DNA of 64,000 nt from Macrostomum hystrix. Lineage: Eukaryota > Animalia > Platyhelminthes. Shown here in pieces: positions 12,701-25,000 of the stretch (within the stretch, counting starts at the first letter, position 1; each line of letters opens with the position of its first letter). The notes under the pieces are model-generated. The model saw only the letters and a list, made by a program, of their open reading frames with translations. It was not told the origin of the DNA and ran no database searches. The position numbers and the translations under genes were made by a program. The stretch covers positions 1,426,001 to 1,490,000 of the forward strand of contig CATNEN010000033.1 in NCBI GenBank assembly GCA_950097015.1. The letters run 5' to 3'.

Positions 12701-13896
12701 ACCACCCCACACCGTGCAGGCAAGGCAGGCTTGGAGCAGACTGCTTTGAAGGCATTCCAGAAACCTGAGTCACCACTGCTCACTCCGCCCTGGGCTGGAC
12801 AGCTCAGCGAGCTCCAATCTCACTCTACTGATGTCCCATCTCACTCTACTGATGTGCCATCTCACTCTACTGATGTGCCATCTCACTCTACTGATGTGCC
12901 ATCTCACTCTACTGATGTGCCATCTCACTCTACTGATGTGCCATCTCCCTTCCATCTTACCAACGGGCAGAGCGGGCAGCTGCGCCAGTTCCCTAGCCGA
13001 GCTGGGCCTGTCTGGCAGGTCAGGCTGATGCAGCAGAAAGTGAGCATTCAGCGCCAGGCCAACCAGTGCCAAAGCTGCTAGCAGAATCTGGAAAGTTGTG
13101 GTGGCACTAGGGATCTTGTCTGGACCAAATCTCAGCTGTTCACTGTCTGACCGCCGATTCAAATTGGATTCAGGCCTGGAGAGGCACTGGCTGCTCAGTC
13201 AGTCCCTCACTGGTCAGAGTTTAGCAATAACACTAAGTGGGGGTTAGTCTGTGGGGTCTGGCCCACCCACTTCCCAGAATCTGAGCCAGGGTCGGCAGTG
13301 TGAGGAACACGCGCCCAAGATAGAGAGAGATACACATTTGGAAGCGCCCCTCTGCCGGTTTGGGATTTTGGGATTTTAAGAAGACTGCTCTGTTGGTAAA
13401 AAACCAGAACAGCAGCAGCAGAAGCAGCTGATTGTCACGCAATCTTACAGGCAAAGCTGTGCATCTGGAGCTTTAGTTAGTGAAAGGAAAGGCAGGTGAG
13501 TTTCAACGCGAAGTTAAATATGAATAAAATTAGGAGACTAAAGAACTGGAGTGAGACGGTAGAGAGGGATAAACTGAGCTAGAGGGAGATATGGTTTGGG
13601 GGAGAGGGACAAGAAGACAGGTAGGGAGGGAGAGGGGTGAGAGGGAGACAGGTAGAGTGGAAGAGGGAAGAGAAGAGAGAAAAGGGGAGGCAAGGGAGGG
13701 AGAAGGAAACAGGGAAAAGGGAGAGGGAGAGAGGATGAGACGGAGAGACGGAGAGAGGAGAGGAGAAAAGAGGAGAGGAGAGGAGAGGGAGATAAAAGTC
13801 GAGTAAAATCTTATAAAAATAGTCATTGACAAGGAAAGAGGAAAATCTCACCTTGAAAAATGTTGCGCTTAAAATCTGAGATTTGTTCTGCCTCAT
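736..13896 (-). CDS. POMGNT1: POMGNT1-like protein (GT13 family, type II membrane protein with stem/lectin domain), multi-exon, probably catalytically divergent
   Basis: Manually spliced exons (minus): 13896-13852 (tentative start), 13186-12961 (TM FQILLAALALVGLALNAHFLL), 6077-5929 (VDLEAWCSDSHTALAIDG), 5222-5169 (YHVFIVNQAT), 4785-4687 (AAGRLLLLT), 4532-4409 (SLGS..DLW), 4329-4249, 4137-4007 (RRRQFCRQVDGFSNVCSC), 3911-3835 (NRPQYLYR), 3391-3191 (GYFEEP), 2572-2440 (LMED..CIGAWNDQ), 2316-2194 (LLYRT..RWP), 2111-1933, 1414-1276, 1087-968, 889-822, 748-736. Phases are consistent and sum to ~653 aa, close to the ~660 aa of vertebrate POMGNT1, with motifs in the same order. The first exon, the last exon and the 3191 donor are uncertain. 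Confidence 0.85.
1493..1903. repeat. 38-bp intronic minisatellite (GAATGAGACTAGACTAGCAATCCATTTTATCACTCCGT), ~11 copies
   Basis: Units start at 1531 and 1569; copies are near identical; lies in the POMGNT1-like intron 1415-1932. Confidence 0.95.
2720..3150. repeat. 15-bp purine-rich minisatellite (GAACCTGAATGGGAA grading into GAAACAGAAGGGGAA)
   Basis: Direct 15-bp periodicity; intronic; source of the EPEWE / FFPFR ORFs. Confidence 0.9.
4880..5138 (-). mobile_element. tRNA-derived CORE-type SINE, copy A (42-bp internal deletion)
   Basis: Homologous to 39685-39990 and 60700-61020. On the minus strand it has a tRNA head with B box GTTCGATTCC, a CORE-like block and an AT-rich tail. Confidence 0.85.
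5415..5850. repeat. 30-bp intronic minisatellite (AATTTTCCATCCCAACCAGAAAGAGATCCC), ~14 copies
   Basis: Period of 30 read directly (5641 and 5671). Confidence 0.95.
6610..6745. repeat. CT-rich low-complexity tract (similar tracts at ~6290-6420 and ~7030-7145)
   Basis: Nearly pure C/T on the plus strand. Confidence 0.85.
6869..6978 (+). promoter_or_regulatory. tRNA-type internal Pol III promoter (A box, B box, oligo-T terminator) bracketing the hammerhead
   Basis: A box TAGCCTAATGG 6876-6886; B box GGTTCGAATCC 6953-6963; TTTTTT 6973-6978. No acceptor stem, so this is not a tRNA gene. Confidence 0.7.
6897..6951 (+). ncRNA. Type I hammerhead ribozyme with minimal palindromic helix III
   Basis: CUGAUGA 6910-6916; stem II GCUC/GAGC with loop CAAUAA (6917-6930); GAAA 6931-6934; C-GC-G; GUC triplet 6938-6940. 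Stem I: ACUCUA 6904-6909 pairs with UGGAGU 6941-6946 and, after a 2-nt bulge, AGGCU 6897-6901 pairs with GGCCU 6947-6951. All core nucleotides match the consensus. Confidence 0.92.
7163..7710 (+). pseudogene. Degenerate Penelope-like element (PLE) reverse transcriptase fragment
   Basis: Translation gives F..HPD..R.D..LL.LL, FLQVKGTAMG..FAPSY, WLRYIDDIF, LDPNIK, AVNFLD, then after frameshifts RPTDSRTLIH and SQLVR*..CS..DF. This motif order is typical of GIY-YIG PLE RT/thumb regions. Stops and deletions are present. Confidence 0.85.
8542..8915. repeat. 19-bp minisatellite (CCCAGTCTCTCCCTCTCAT), ~20 copies
   Basis: Period of 19 (8542 and 8561). Confidence 0.95.
9464..10580. repeat. 10-bp tandem repeat (GTGAGTGACT, variant GTGAGTGTGT), ~110 copies
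   Basis: Direct periodicity; source of the 499-aa HSHSQSLTVT ORF. Confidence 0.97.
10846..10888. repeat. 9-bp repeat (CCCACTGAT) x ~4.5
   Basis: Read directly. Confidence 0.8.
11565..12265. repeat. 21-bp minisatellite (AATCTAGTTCATCACACATCY), ~33 copies
   Basis: Period of 21 (11581 and 11602). Confidence 0.95.
12817..12945. repeat. 21-bp minisatellite (ATCTCACTCTACTGATGTGCC), ~6 copies
   Basis: Direct periodicity; begins just inside the intron after the TM-exon donor at 12960. Confidence 0.9.
13550..13800. repeat. GA-rich low-complexity tract
   Basis: Nearly pure purine on the plus strand. Confidence 0.8.
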
Positions 13897-14254
13897 TCGG
13901 ATCCTTCTGGGCAAAATTTCCCACTCGTCTGCTATTGCCTTCTATGTCTCTCTTTTAAGATCTCTGAGTTGTTGGGACAATTTTTGCAACACAGCTGACA
14001 TCGGGATGGGGAAAGCACGATGAGTCGGAACTTTGAGGAATCAGTCTGGTCCTCAGTCCGTTCCTCTTATACCAGGCGTGCAATTTGCCACAAACCAATG
14101 AATGGAGACGGGGTCGGGGAAATCCGGTCTATTTTTAGATCGGCTCGCTGCCATTGGCTGAGAATGCGAATCTCGACCAGTCTAGCTAAGCCATGCCGAC
14201 GAGATAAACGACTGATGCGATAAATATTACAGAAATCTTTATCTCTAATAAGGA

Positions 14255-15135
14255 GCGGGTGAGTAGGGTGGAGAGTGGGAGTGGGTTAGTAGGATGGAGT
14301 GTGGGAGTGGGTGAGTAGGATGGAGTGTGGGAGTGGGTGAGTAGGATGGAGTGTGGGAGTGGGTGAGTAGAGTGGAGTGTGGGAGTGGGTGAGTAGGATG
14401 GAGTGTGGGAGTGGGTGAGTAGGATGGAGTGTGGGAGTGGGTGAGTAGAGTGGAGTGTGGGAGTGGGTGAGTAGGGTGGAGTGTGGGAGTGGGTGAGTAT
14501 TGGAGTGTGGGAGTGGGTGAGTAGGATGGAGTGTGGGAGTGGGTGAGTAGAGTGGAGTGTGGGAGTGGGTGAGTAGGATGGAGTGTGGGAGTGGGTGAGT
14601 AGGATGGAGTGTGGGAGTGGGTGGGTAGGATGGAGTGTGGGAGTGGGTGAGTAGGATGGAGTGTGGGAGTGGGTGAGTAGGATGGAGTGTGGGAGTGGGT
14701 GAGTAGGGTGGAGTGTGGGAGTGGGTGAGTAGGGTGGAGTGTGGGAGTGGGTGAGTAGAGTGGAGTGTGGGAGTGGGTGAGTAGGGTGGAGTGTGGGAGT
14801 GGGTGAGTAATGGAGTGTGGGAGTGGGTGAGTAGGATGGAGTGTGGGAGTGGGTGAGTAGAGTGGAGTGTGGGAGTGGGTGAGTAGGATGGAGTGTGGGA
14901 GTGGGTGAGTAGGATGGAGTGTGGGAGTGGGTGAGTAGGATGGAGTGTGGGAGTGGGTGAGTAGGATGGAGTGTGGGAGTGGGTGAGTAGGATGGAGTGT
15001 GGGAGTGGGTGAGTAGGGTGGAGTGTGGGAGTGGGTGAGTAATGGAGTGTGGGAGTGGGTGAGTAGGATGGAGTGTGGGAGTGGGTGAGTAGGATGGAGT
15101 GTGGGAGTGGGTGAGTAGGATAGAGTGTTGGATTG
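14255..15135. repeat. 26-bp G-rich minisatellite (GTGGGAGTGGGTGAGTAGGATGGAGT), ~34 copies with some 23-bp variants
   Basis: Period of 26 (14301 and 14327); source of three periodic minus-strand ORFs. Confidence 0.95.
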
Positions 15136-16025
15136 GAGTAGCAACTCTCAAATATTGCCATATATTGGAAGGCAATACATTTTTGACACTCCAGACTACT
15201 TAGTTAGTAGGCAACAGTGGATTTGATAGTTAAAATTATTCATCAGTGTAACGTACATTCTACTCCTAGCATCAAACCTAGAGTTCTGGAAACCCAATGC
15301 TTATAATAAAGTACATCTTTATTCTTCCATCTATCTTTGCCTTCGTCTTCTCAGTTTTGTAAAGGTCTCTCATTTTAATTGAGTGAGTGCTTTTCCAAGG
15401 AATTTCCAGTGCTAAAAATATATATTGCGCAATTTTTGCCGAAGTTAAAAATACGCTTTAACCGAGTTTACCACAATTGACCATAGACATGTTGCCGGCA
15501 GGCATCAGCTTTTTCTATCGGCTGCCGAAGTATAGAATATTAATCCTAAAGATTGGCCCGGCTCACGAAATTGCAAACCTGTTTAAAACTGTTTACAGCA
15601 ACTGTGACCATAGACTATATGTTTAATCGGCCTAGGCCGTTAAATCATATGTATATGATAGATTAGATATATAGATATATAGATAGATATATGACTATTG
15701 AGCGTGGCCGAGGACTTTTTAACCATAGACTGAAATTGAGCAGCCACTATTTTATATGAAATTCGATTTGGTTTGGCGCCCGTGATATGGTTTAATGGGC
15801 CCCGTTTTCGGGACCATTATATGGCACACTGGTTCAAGACTTCGCAGTTCCAACCATAGACGATAGATTCGTAGCTCAGAATGCGCCCATTAAACGTCCA
15901 TTAACGACGAAATCGGATTTTATATTGAAGTCACTTTTGCCAAAGTCGTGATTGAAAATGGTATATTCACTCTGAGACCATGGCCTTATCATCGCTTTGC
16001 AGATTTCACTTTCTCTTAAAGCGAA

Positions 16026-19000
16026 TCACGATCGGATCCTTCATTGTGATTCCTACCATGAATGATACAGGATTCACGGGAACTCATCACGATCGGATCC
16101 TTCATTGTGATTCCTACCATGAATGACGCAGGATTCACGGGAACTCATCAAGATCGGATCCTTCATTGTGATTCCTACCATGAATGACGCAGGATTCACG
16201 GGAACTCATCAAGATCGGATCCTTCATTGTGATTCCTACCATGAATGACGCAGGATTCACGGGAACTCATCAAGATCGGATCCTTCATTGTGATTCCTAC
16301 CATGAATGACGCAGGATTCACGGGAACTCATCAAGATCGGATCCTTCATCGTGATTCCTACCATGAATGATACAGGATTCACGGGAACTCATCAAGATCA
16401 GATCCTTCATTGTGATTCCTACCATGAATGACGCAGGATTCACGGGAACTCATCAAGATCGGATCCTTCATTGTGATTCCTACCATGAATGATACAGGAT
16501 TCACGGGAACTCATCAAGATCGGATCCTTCATTGTGATTCCTACCATGAATGATACAGGATTCACGGGAACTCATCAAGATCGGATCCTTCATTGTGATT
16601 CCTACCATGAATTATACAGGATTCACGGGAACTCATCACGATCGGATCCTTCATTGTGATTCCTACCATGAATGACGCAGGATTCACGGGAACTCATCAA
16701 GATCGGATCCTTCATTGTGATTCCTACCATGAATGACGCAGGATTCACGGGAACTCATCAAGATCAGATCCTTCATTGTGATTCCTACCATGAATGACGC
16801 AGGATTCACGGGAACTCATCAAGATCGGATCCTTCATTGTGATTCCTACCATGAATGATACAGGATTCACGGGAACTCATCAAGATCGGATCCTTCATTG
16901 TGATTCCTACCATGAATGACGCAGGATTCACGGGAACTCATCAAGATCGGATCCTTCATCGTGATTCCTACCATGAATGACGCAGGATTCACGGGAACTC
17001 ATCACGATCGGATCCTTCATTGTGATTCCTACCATGAATGACGCAGGATTCACGGGAACTCATCACGATCGGATCCTTCATTGTGATTCCTACCATGAAT
17101 GACGCAGGATTCACGGGAACTCATCACGATCGGATCCTTCATTGTGATTCCTACCATGAATGACGCAGGATTCACGGGAACTCATCAAGATCGGATCCTT
17201 CATTGTGATTCCGACCATGAATGACGCAGGATTCACGGGAACTCATCAAGATCGGATCCTTCATTGTGATTCCTACCATGAATGACGCAGGATTCACGGG
17301 AACTCATCAAGATCGGATCCTTCATCGTGATTCCTACCATGAATGACGCAGGATTCACGGGAACTCATCAAGATCGGATCCTTCATTGTGATTCCTACCA
17401 TGAATGATACAGGATTCACGGGAACTCATCACGATCGGATCCTTCATTGTGATTCCTACCATGAATGACGCAGGATTCACGGGAACTCATCAGGATCGGA
17501 TCCTTCATTGTGATTCCTACCATGAATGATACAGGATTCACGGGAACTCATCAAGATCGGATCCTTCATTGTGATTCCTACCATGAATGACGCAGGATTC
17601 ACGGGAACTCATCAAGATCGGATCCTTCATTGTGATTCCTACCATGAATGATACAGGATTCACGGGAACTCATCAAGATCAGATCCTTCATTGTGATTCC
17701 TACCATGAATGATACAGGATTCACGGGAACTCATCACGATCGGATCCTTCATTGTGATTCCTACCATGAATGATACAGGATTCACGGGAACTCATCACGA
17801 TCGGATCCTTCATTGTGATTCCTACCATGAATGACGCAGGATTCACGGGAACTCATCAAGATCAGATCCTTCATTGTGATTCCTACCATGAATGACGCAG
17901 GATTCACGGGAACTCATCAAGATCGGATCCTTCATCGTGATTCCTACCATGAATGATACAGGATTCACGGGAACTCATCAAGATCGGATCCTTCATCGTG
18001 ATTCCTACCATGAATGATACAGGATTCACGGGAACTCATCAAGATCGGATCCTTCATTGTGATTCCTACCATGAATGACGCAGGATTCACGGGAACTCAT
18101 CAAGATCAGATCCTTCATTGTGATTCCTACCATGAAGGACGCAGGATTCACGGGAACTCATCAAGATCGGATCCTTCATCGTGATTCCTACCATGAATGA
18201 CGCAGGATTCACGGGAACTCATCAAGATCGGATCCTTCATTGTGATTCCTACCATGAATGATACAGGATTCACGGGAACTCATCAAGATCAGATCCTTCA
18301 TTGTGATTCCTACCATGAATGATACAGGATTCACGGGAACTCATCACGATCGGATCCTTCATTGTGATTCCTACCATGAATGACGCAGGATTCACGGGAA
18401 CTCATCAAGATCAGATCCTTCATTGTGATTCCTACCATGAATGATACAGGATTCACGGGAACTCATCAAGATCGGATCCTTCATTGTGATTCCTACCATG
18501 AATGACGCAGGATTCACGGGAACTCATCAAGATCGGATCCTTCATTGTGATTCCTACCATGAATGATACAGGATTCACGGGAACTCATCAAGATCGGATC
18601 CTTCATTGTGATTCCTACCATGAATGATACAGGATTCACGGGAACTCATCAAGATCGGATCCTTCATTGTGATTCCTACCATGAATGACGCAGGATTCAC
18701 GGGAACTCATCAAGATCGGATCCTTCATTGTGATTCCTACCATGAATGATACAGGATTCACGGGAACTCATCAAGATCGGATCCTTCATTGTGATTCCTA
18801 CCATTAATGACGCAGGATTCACGGGAACTCATCAAGATCGGATCCTTCATTGTGATTCCTACCATGAATGACGCAGGATTCACGGGAACTCATCAAGATC
18901 AGATCCTTCATTGTTATTCCTACCATGAATGATACAGGATTCACGGGAACTCATCACGATCGGATCCTTCATTGTGATTCCTACCATGAATGACGCAGGA

Positions 19001-22000
19001 TTCACGGGAACTCATCAAGATCAGATCCTTCATTGTGATTCCTACCATGAATGACGCAGGATTCACGGGAACTCATCAAGATCAGATCCTTCATTGTGAT
19101 TCCTACCATGAATGATACAGGATTCACGGGAACTCATCAAGATCAGATCCTTCATTGTGATTCCTACCATGAATGATACAGGATTCACGGGAACTCATCA
19201 CGATCGGATCCTTCATTGTGATTCCTACCATAATTGATACAGGATTCACGGGAACTCATCAAGATCGGATCCTTCATCGTGATTCCTACCATGAATGATA
19301 CAGGATTCACGGGAACTCATCAAGATCGGATCCTTCATTGTGATTCCTACCATGAATGACGCAGGATTCACGGGAACTCATCAAGATCGGATCCTTCATC
19401 GTGATTCCTACCATGAATGACGCAGGATTCACGGGAACTCATCACGATCGGATCCTTCATTGTGATTCCTACCATGAATGACGCAGGATTCACGGGAACT
19501 CATCAAGATCGGATCCTTCATTGTGATTCCTACCATGAATGATACAGGATTCACGGGAACTCATCACGATCGGATCCTTCATTGTGATTCCTACCATGAA
19601 TGACGCAGGATTCACGGGAACTCATCAGGATCGGATCCTTCATTGTGATTCCTACCATGAATGATACAGGATTCACGGGAACTCATCAAGATCGGATCCT
19701 TCATTGTGATTCCTACCATGAATGACGCAGGATTCACGGGAACTCATCAAGATCGGATCCTTCATTGTGATTCCTACCAAAATGATACAGGATTCACGGG
19801 AACTCATCAAGATCAGATCCTTCATTGTGATTCCTACCATGAATGATACAGGATTCACGGGAACTCATCACGATCGGATCCTTCATTGTGATTCCTACCA
19901 TGAATGATACAGGATTCACGGGAACTCATCACGATCGGATCCTTCATTGTGATTCCTACCATGAATGACGCAGGATTCACGGGAACTCATCAAGATCAGA
20001 TCCTTCATTGTGATTCCTACCATGAATGACGCAGGATTCACGGGAACTCATCAAGATCGGATCCTTCATCGTGATTCCTACCATGAATGATACAGGATTC
20101 ACGGGAACTCATCAAGATCGGATCCTTCATCGTGATTCCTACCATGAATGATACAGGATTCACGGGAACTCATCAAGATCGGATCCTTCATTGTGATTCC
20201 TACCATGAATGACGCAGGATTCACGGGAACTCATCAAGATCAGATCCTTCATTGTGATTCCTACCATGAATGACGCAGGATTCACGGGAACTCATCAAGA
20301 TCGGATCCTTCATCGTGATTCCTACCATTAATGACGCAGGATTCACGGGAACTCATCAAGATCGGATCCTTCATTCTGATTCCTACCATGAATGATACAG
20401 GATTCACGGGAACTCATCAAGATCAGATCCTTCATTGTGATTCCTACCATGAATGATACAGGATTCACGGGAACTCATCAAGATCGGATCCTTCATTGTG
20501 ATTCCTACCATGAATGACGCAGGATTCACGGGAACTCATCAAGATCAGATCCTTCATTGTGATTCCTACCATGAATGATACAGGATTCACGGGAACTCAT
20601 CAAGATCGGATCCTTCATTGTGATTCCTACCATGAATGATACAGGATTCACGGGAACTCATCAAGATCGGATCCTTCATTGTGATTCCTACCATGAATGA
20701 CGCAGGATTCACGGGAACTCATCAAGATCGGATCCTTCATTGTGATTCCTACCATGAATGATACAGGATTCACGGGAACTCATCAAGATCGGATCCTTCA
20801 TTGTGATTCCTACCATTAATGACGCAGGATTCACGGGAACTCATCAAGATCGGATCCTTCATTGTGATTCCTACCATGAATGACGCAGGATTCACGGGAA
20901 CTCATCAAGATCAGATCCTTCATTGTGATTCCTACCATGAATGATACAGGATTCACGGGAACTCATCACGATCGGATCCTTCATTGTGATTCCTACCATG
21001 AATGACGCAGGATTCACGGGAACTCATCAAGATCAGATCCTTCATTGTGATTCCTACCATGAATGACGCAGGATTCACGGGAACTCATCAAGATCAGATC
21101 CTTCATTGTGATTCCTACCATGAATGATACAGGATTCACGGGAACTCATCAAGATCAGATCCTTCATTGTGATTCCTACCATGAATGATACAGGATTCAC
21201 GGGAACTCATCACGATCGGATCCTTCATTGTGATTCCTACCATAATTGATACAGGATTCACGGGAACTCATCAAGATCGGATCCTTCATCGTGATTCCTA
21301 CCATGAATGATACAGGATTCACGGGAACTCATCAAGATCAGATCCTTCATTGTGATTCCTACCATGAATGACGCAGGATTCACGGGAACTCATCACGATC
21401 GGATCTTTCATTGTGATTCCTACCATGAATGACGCAGGATTCACGGGAACTCATCAAGATCAGATCCTTCATTGTGATTCCTACCATGAATGACGCAGGA
21501 TTCACGGGAACTCATCAAGATCGGATCCTTCATCGTGATTCCTACCATGAATGACGCAGGATTAACGGGAACTCATCAAGATCGGATCCTTCATTGTGAT
21601 TCCTACCATGAATGATACAGGATTCACGGGAACTCATCAAGATCGGATCCTTCATTGTGATTCCTACCATGAATGACGCAGGATTCACGGGAACTCATCA
21701 AGATCGGATCCTTCATCGTGATTCCTACCATGAATGACGCAGGATTCACGGGAACTCATCAAGATCGGATCCTTCATTGTGATTCCTACCATGAATGACG
21801 CAGGATTCACGGGAACTCATCAAGATCGGATCCTTCATTGTGATTCCTACCATGAATGACGCAGGATTCACGGGAACTCATCAAGATCGGATCCTTCATT
21901 GTGATTCCTACCATGAATGACGCAGGATTCACGGGAACTCATCAAGATCGGATCCTTCATTGTGATTCCTACCATGAATGATACAGGATTCACGGGAACT

Positions 22001-25000
22001 CATCACGATCGGATCCTTCATTGTGATTCCTACCATGAATGACGCAGGATTCACGGGAACTCATCAAGATCGGATCCTTCATCGTGATTCCTACCATGAA
22101 TGACGCAGGATTCACGGGAACTCATCAAGATCGGATCCTTCATTGTGATTCCTACCATGAATGACGCAGGATTCACGGGAACTCATCAAGATCAGATCCT
22201 TCATTGTGATTCCTACCATGAATGACGCAGGATTCACGGGAACTCATCAAGATCAGATCCTTCATTGTGATTCCTACCATGAATGACGCAGGATTCACGG
22301 GAACTCATCAAGATCAGATCCTTCATTGTGATTCCTACCATGAATGACGCAGGATTCACGGGAACTCATCAAGATCGGATCCTTCATTGTGATTCCTACC
22401 ATGAATGACGCAGGATTCACGGGAACTCATCAAGATCGGATCCTTCATTGTGATTCCTACCATTAATGACGCAGGATTCACGGGAACTCATCAAGATCGG
22501 ATCCTTCATTGTGATTCCTACCATGAATGACGCAGGATTCATGGGAACTCATCAAGATCAGATCCTTCATTGTGATTCCTACCATGAATGATACAGGATT
22601 CACGGGAACTCATCACGATCGGATCCTTCATTGTGATTCCTACCATGAATGACGCAGGATTCACGGGAACTCATCAAGATCAGATCCTTCATTGTGATTC
22701 CTACCATGAATGACGCAGGATTCACGGGAACTCATCAAGATCAGATCCTTCATTGTGATTCCTACCATGAATGATACAGGATTCACGGGAACTCATCACG
22801 ATCGGATCCTTCATTGTGATTCCTACCATGAATGATACAGGATTCACGGGAACTCATCAAGATCAGATCCTTCATCGTGATTCCTACCATGAATGATACA
22901 GGATTCACGGGAACTCATCAAGATCAGATCCTTCATTGTGATTCCTACCATGAATGACGCAGGATTCACGGGAACTCATCACGATCGGATCCTTCATTGT
23001 GATTCCTACCATGAATGACGCAGGATTCACGGGAACTCATCAAGATCAAATCCTTCATTGTGATTCCTACCATGAATGACGCAGGATTCACGGGAACTCA
23101 TCAAGATCGGATCCTTCATCGTGATTCCTACCATGAATGACGCAGGATTCACGGGAACTCATCAAGATCGGATCCTTCATTGTGATTCCTACCATGAATG
23201 ATACAGGATTCACGGGAACTCATCAAGATCGGATCCTTCATTGTGATTCCTACCATGAATGACGCAGGATTCACGGGAACTCATCAAGATCGGATCCATC
23301 ATCGTGATTCCTACCATGAATGACGCAGGATTCACGGGAACTCATCAAGATCGGATCCTTCATTGTGATTCCTACCATGAATGACGCAGGATTCACGGGA
23401 ACTCATCAAGATCAGATCCTTCATTGTGATTCCTACCATGAATGACGCAGGATTCACGGGAACTCATCAAGATCAGATCCTTCATTGTGATTCCTACCAT
23501 GAATGACGCAGGATTCACGGGAACTCATCAAGATCGGATCCTTCATTGTGATTCCTACCATGAATGATACAGGATTCACGGGAACTCATCACGATCGGAT
23601 CCTTCATTGTGATTCCTACCATGAATGACGCAGGATTCACGGGAACTCATCAAGATCGGATCCTTCATCGTGATTCCTACCATGAATGACGCAGGATTCA
23701 CGGGAACTCATCAAGATCGGATCCTTCATTGTGATTCCTACCATGAATGACGCAGGATTCACGGGAACTCATCAAGATCGGATCCTTCATTGTGATTCCT
23801 ACCATGAATGACGCAGGATTCACGGGAACTCATCAAGATCGGATCCTTCATTGTGATTCCTACCATGAATGACGCAGGATTCACGGGAACTCATCAAGAT
23901 CAGATCCTTCATTGTGATTCCTACCATGAATCATACAGGATTCACGGGAACTCATCACGATCGGATCCTTCATTGTGATTCCTACCATGAATGACGCAGG
24001 ATTCACGGGAACTCATCAAGATCAGATCCTTCATTGTGATTCCTACCATGAATGACGCAGGATTCACGGGAACTCATCAAGATCAGATCCTTCATTGTGA
24101 TTCCTACCATGAATGATACAGGATTCACGGGAACTCATCAAGATCAGATCCTTCATTGTGATTCCTACCATGAATGATACAGGATTCACGGGAACTCATC
24201 ACGATCGGATCCTTCATTCTGATTCCTACCATGAATGATACAGGATTCACGGGAACTCATCAAGATCAGATCCTTCATCGTGATTCCTACCATGAATGAT
24301 ACAGGATTCACGGGAACTCATCAAGATCAGATCCTTCATTGTGATTCCTACCATGAATGACGCAGGATTCACGGGAACTCATCACGATCGGATCCTTCAT
24401 TGTGATTCCTACCATGAATGACGCAGGATTCACGGGTACTCATCAAGATCAGATCCTTCATTGTGATTCCTACCATGAATGACGCAGGATTCACGGGAAC
24501 TCATCAAGATCGGATCCTTCATCGTGATTCCTACCATGAATGACGCAGGATTCACGGGAACTCATCAAGATCGGATCCTTCATTGTGATTCCTACCATGA
24601 ATGATACAGGATTCACGGGAACTCATCAAGATCGGATCCTTCATTGTGATTCCTACCATGAATGACGCAGGATTCACGGGAACTCATCAAGATCGGATCC
24701 TTCATCGTGATTCCTACCATGAATGACGCAGGATTCACGGGAACTCATCAAGATCGGATCCTTCATTGTGATTCCTACCATGAATGACGCAGGATTCACG
24801 GGAACTCATCACGATCGGATCCTTCATTGTGATTCCTACCATGAATGACGCAGGATTCACGGGAACTCATCACGATCAGATCCTTCATTGTGATTCCTAC
24901 CATGAATGACGCAGGATTCACGGGAACTCATCAAGATCGGATCCTTCATTGTGATTCCTACCATGAATGATACAGGATTCACGGGAACTCATCACGATCG

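Noticed and set aside
12820-12945. ACTCTACTGATG shared between the 21-bp minisatellite and the hammerhead 5' arm (6904-6915)
   Set aside because: Only 12 nt match; the repeat continues TGCC rather than AG and has no stem II or GAAA, so chance cannot be excluded.
13233-13454. Hydrophobic 73-aa minus-strand ORF as an extra POMGNT1-like 5' exon
   Set aside because: It could supply an alternative start, but the splice sites are weak or out of phase; left unresolved without transcript data.
17470-17530. Hammerhead-like CTGATGAG...GCGTC on the minus strand of satellite units carrying the TCAGGAT variant
   Set aside because: No GAAA follows the putative stem II, and most units read CTTGATGAG, so the catalytic core is incomplete.
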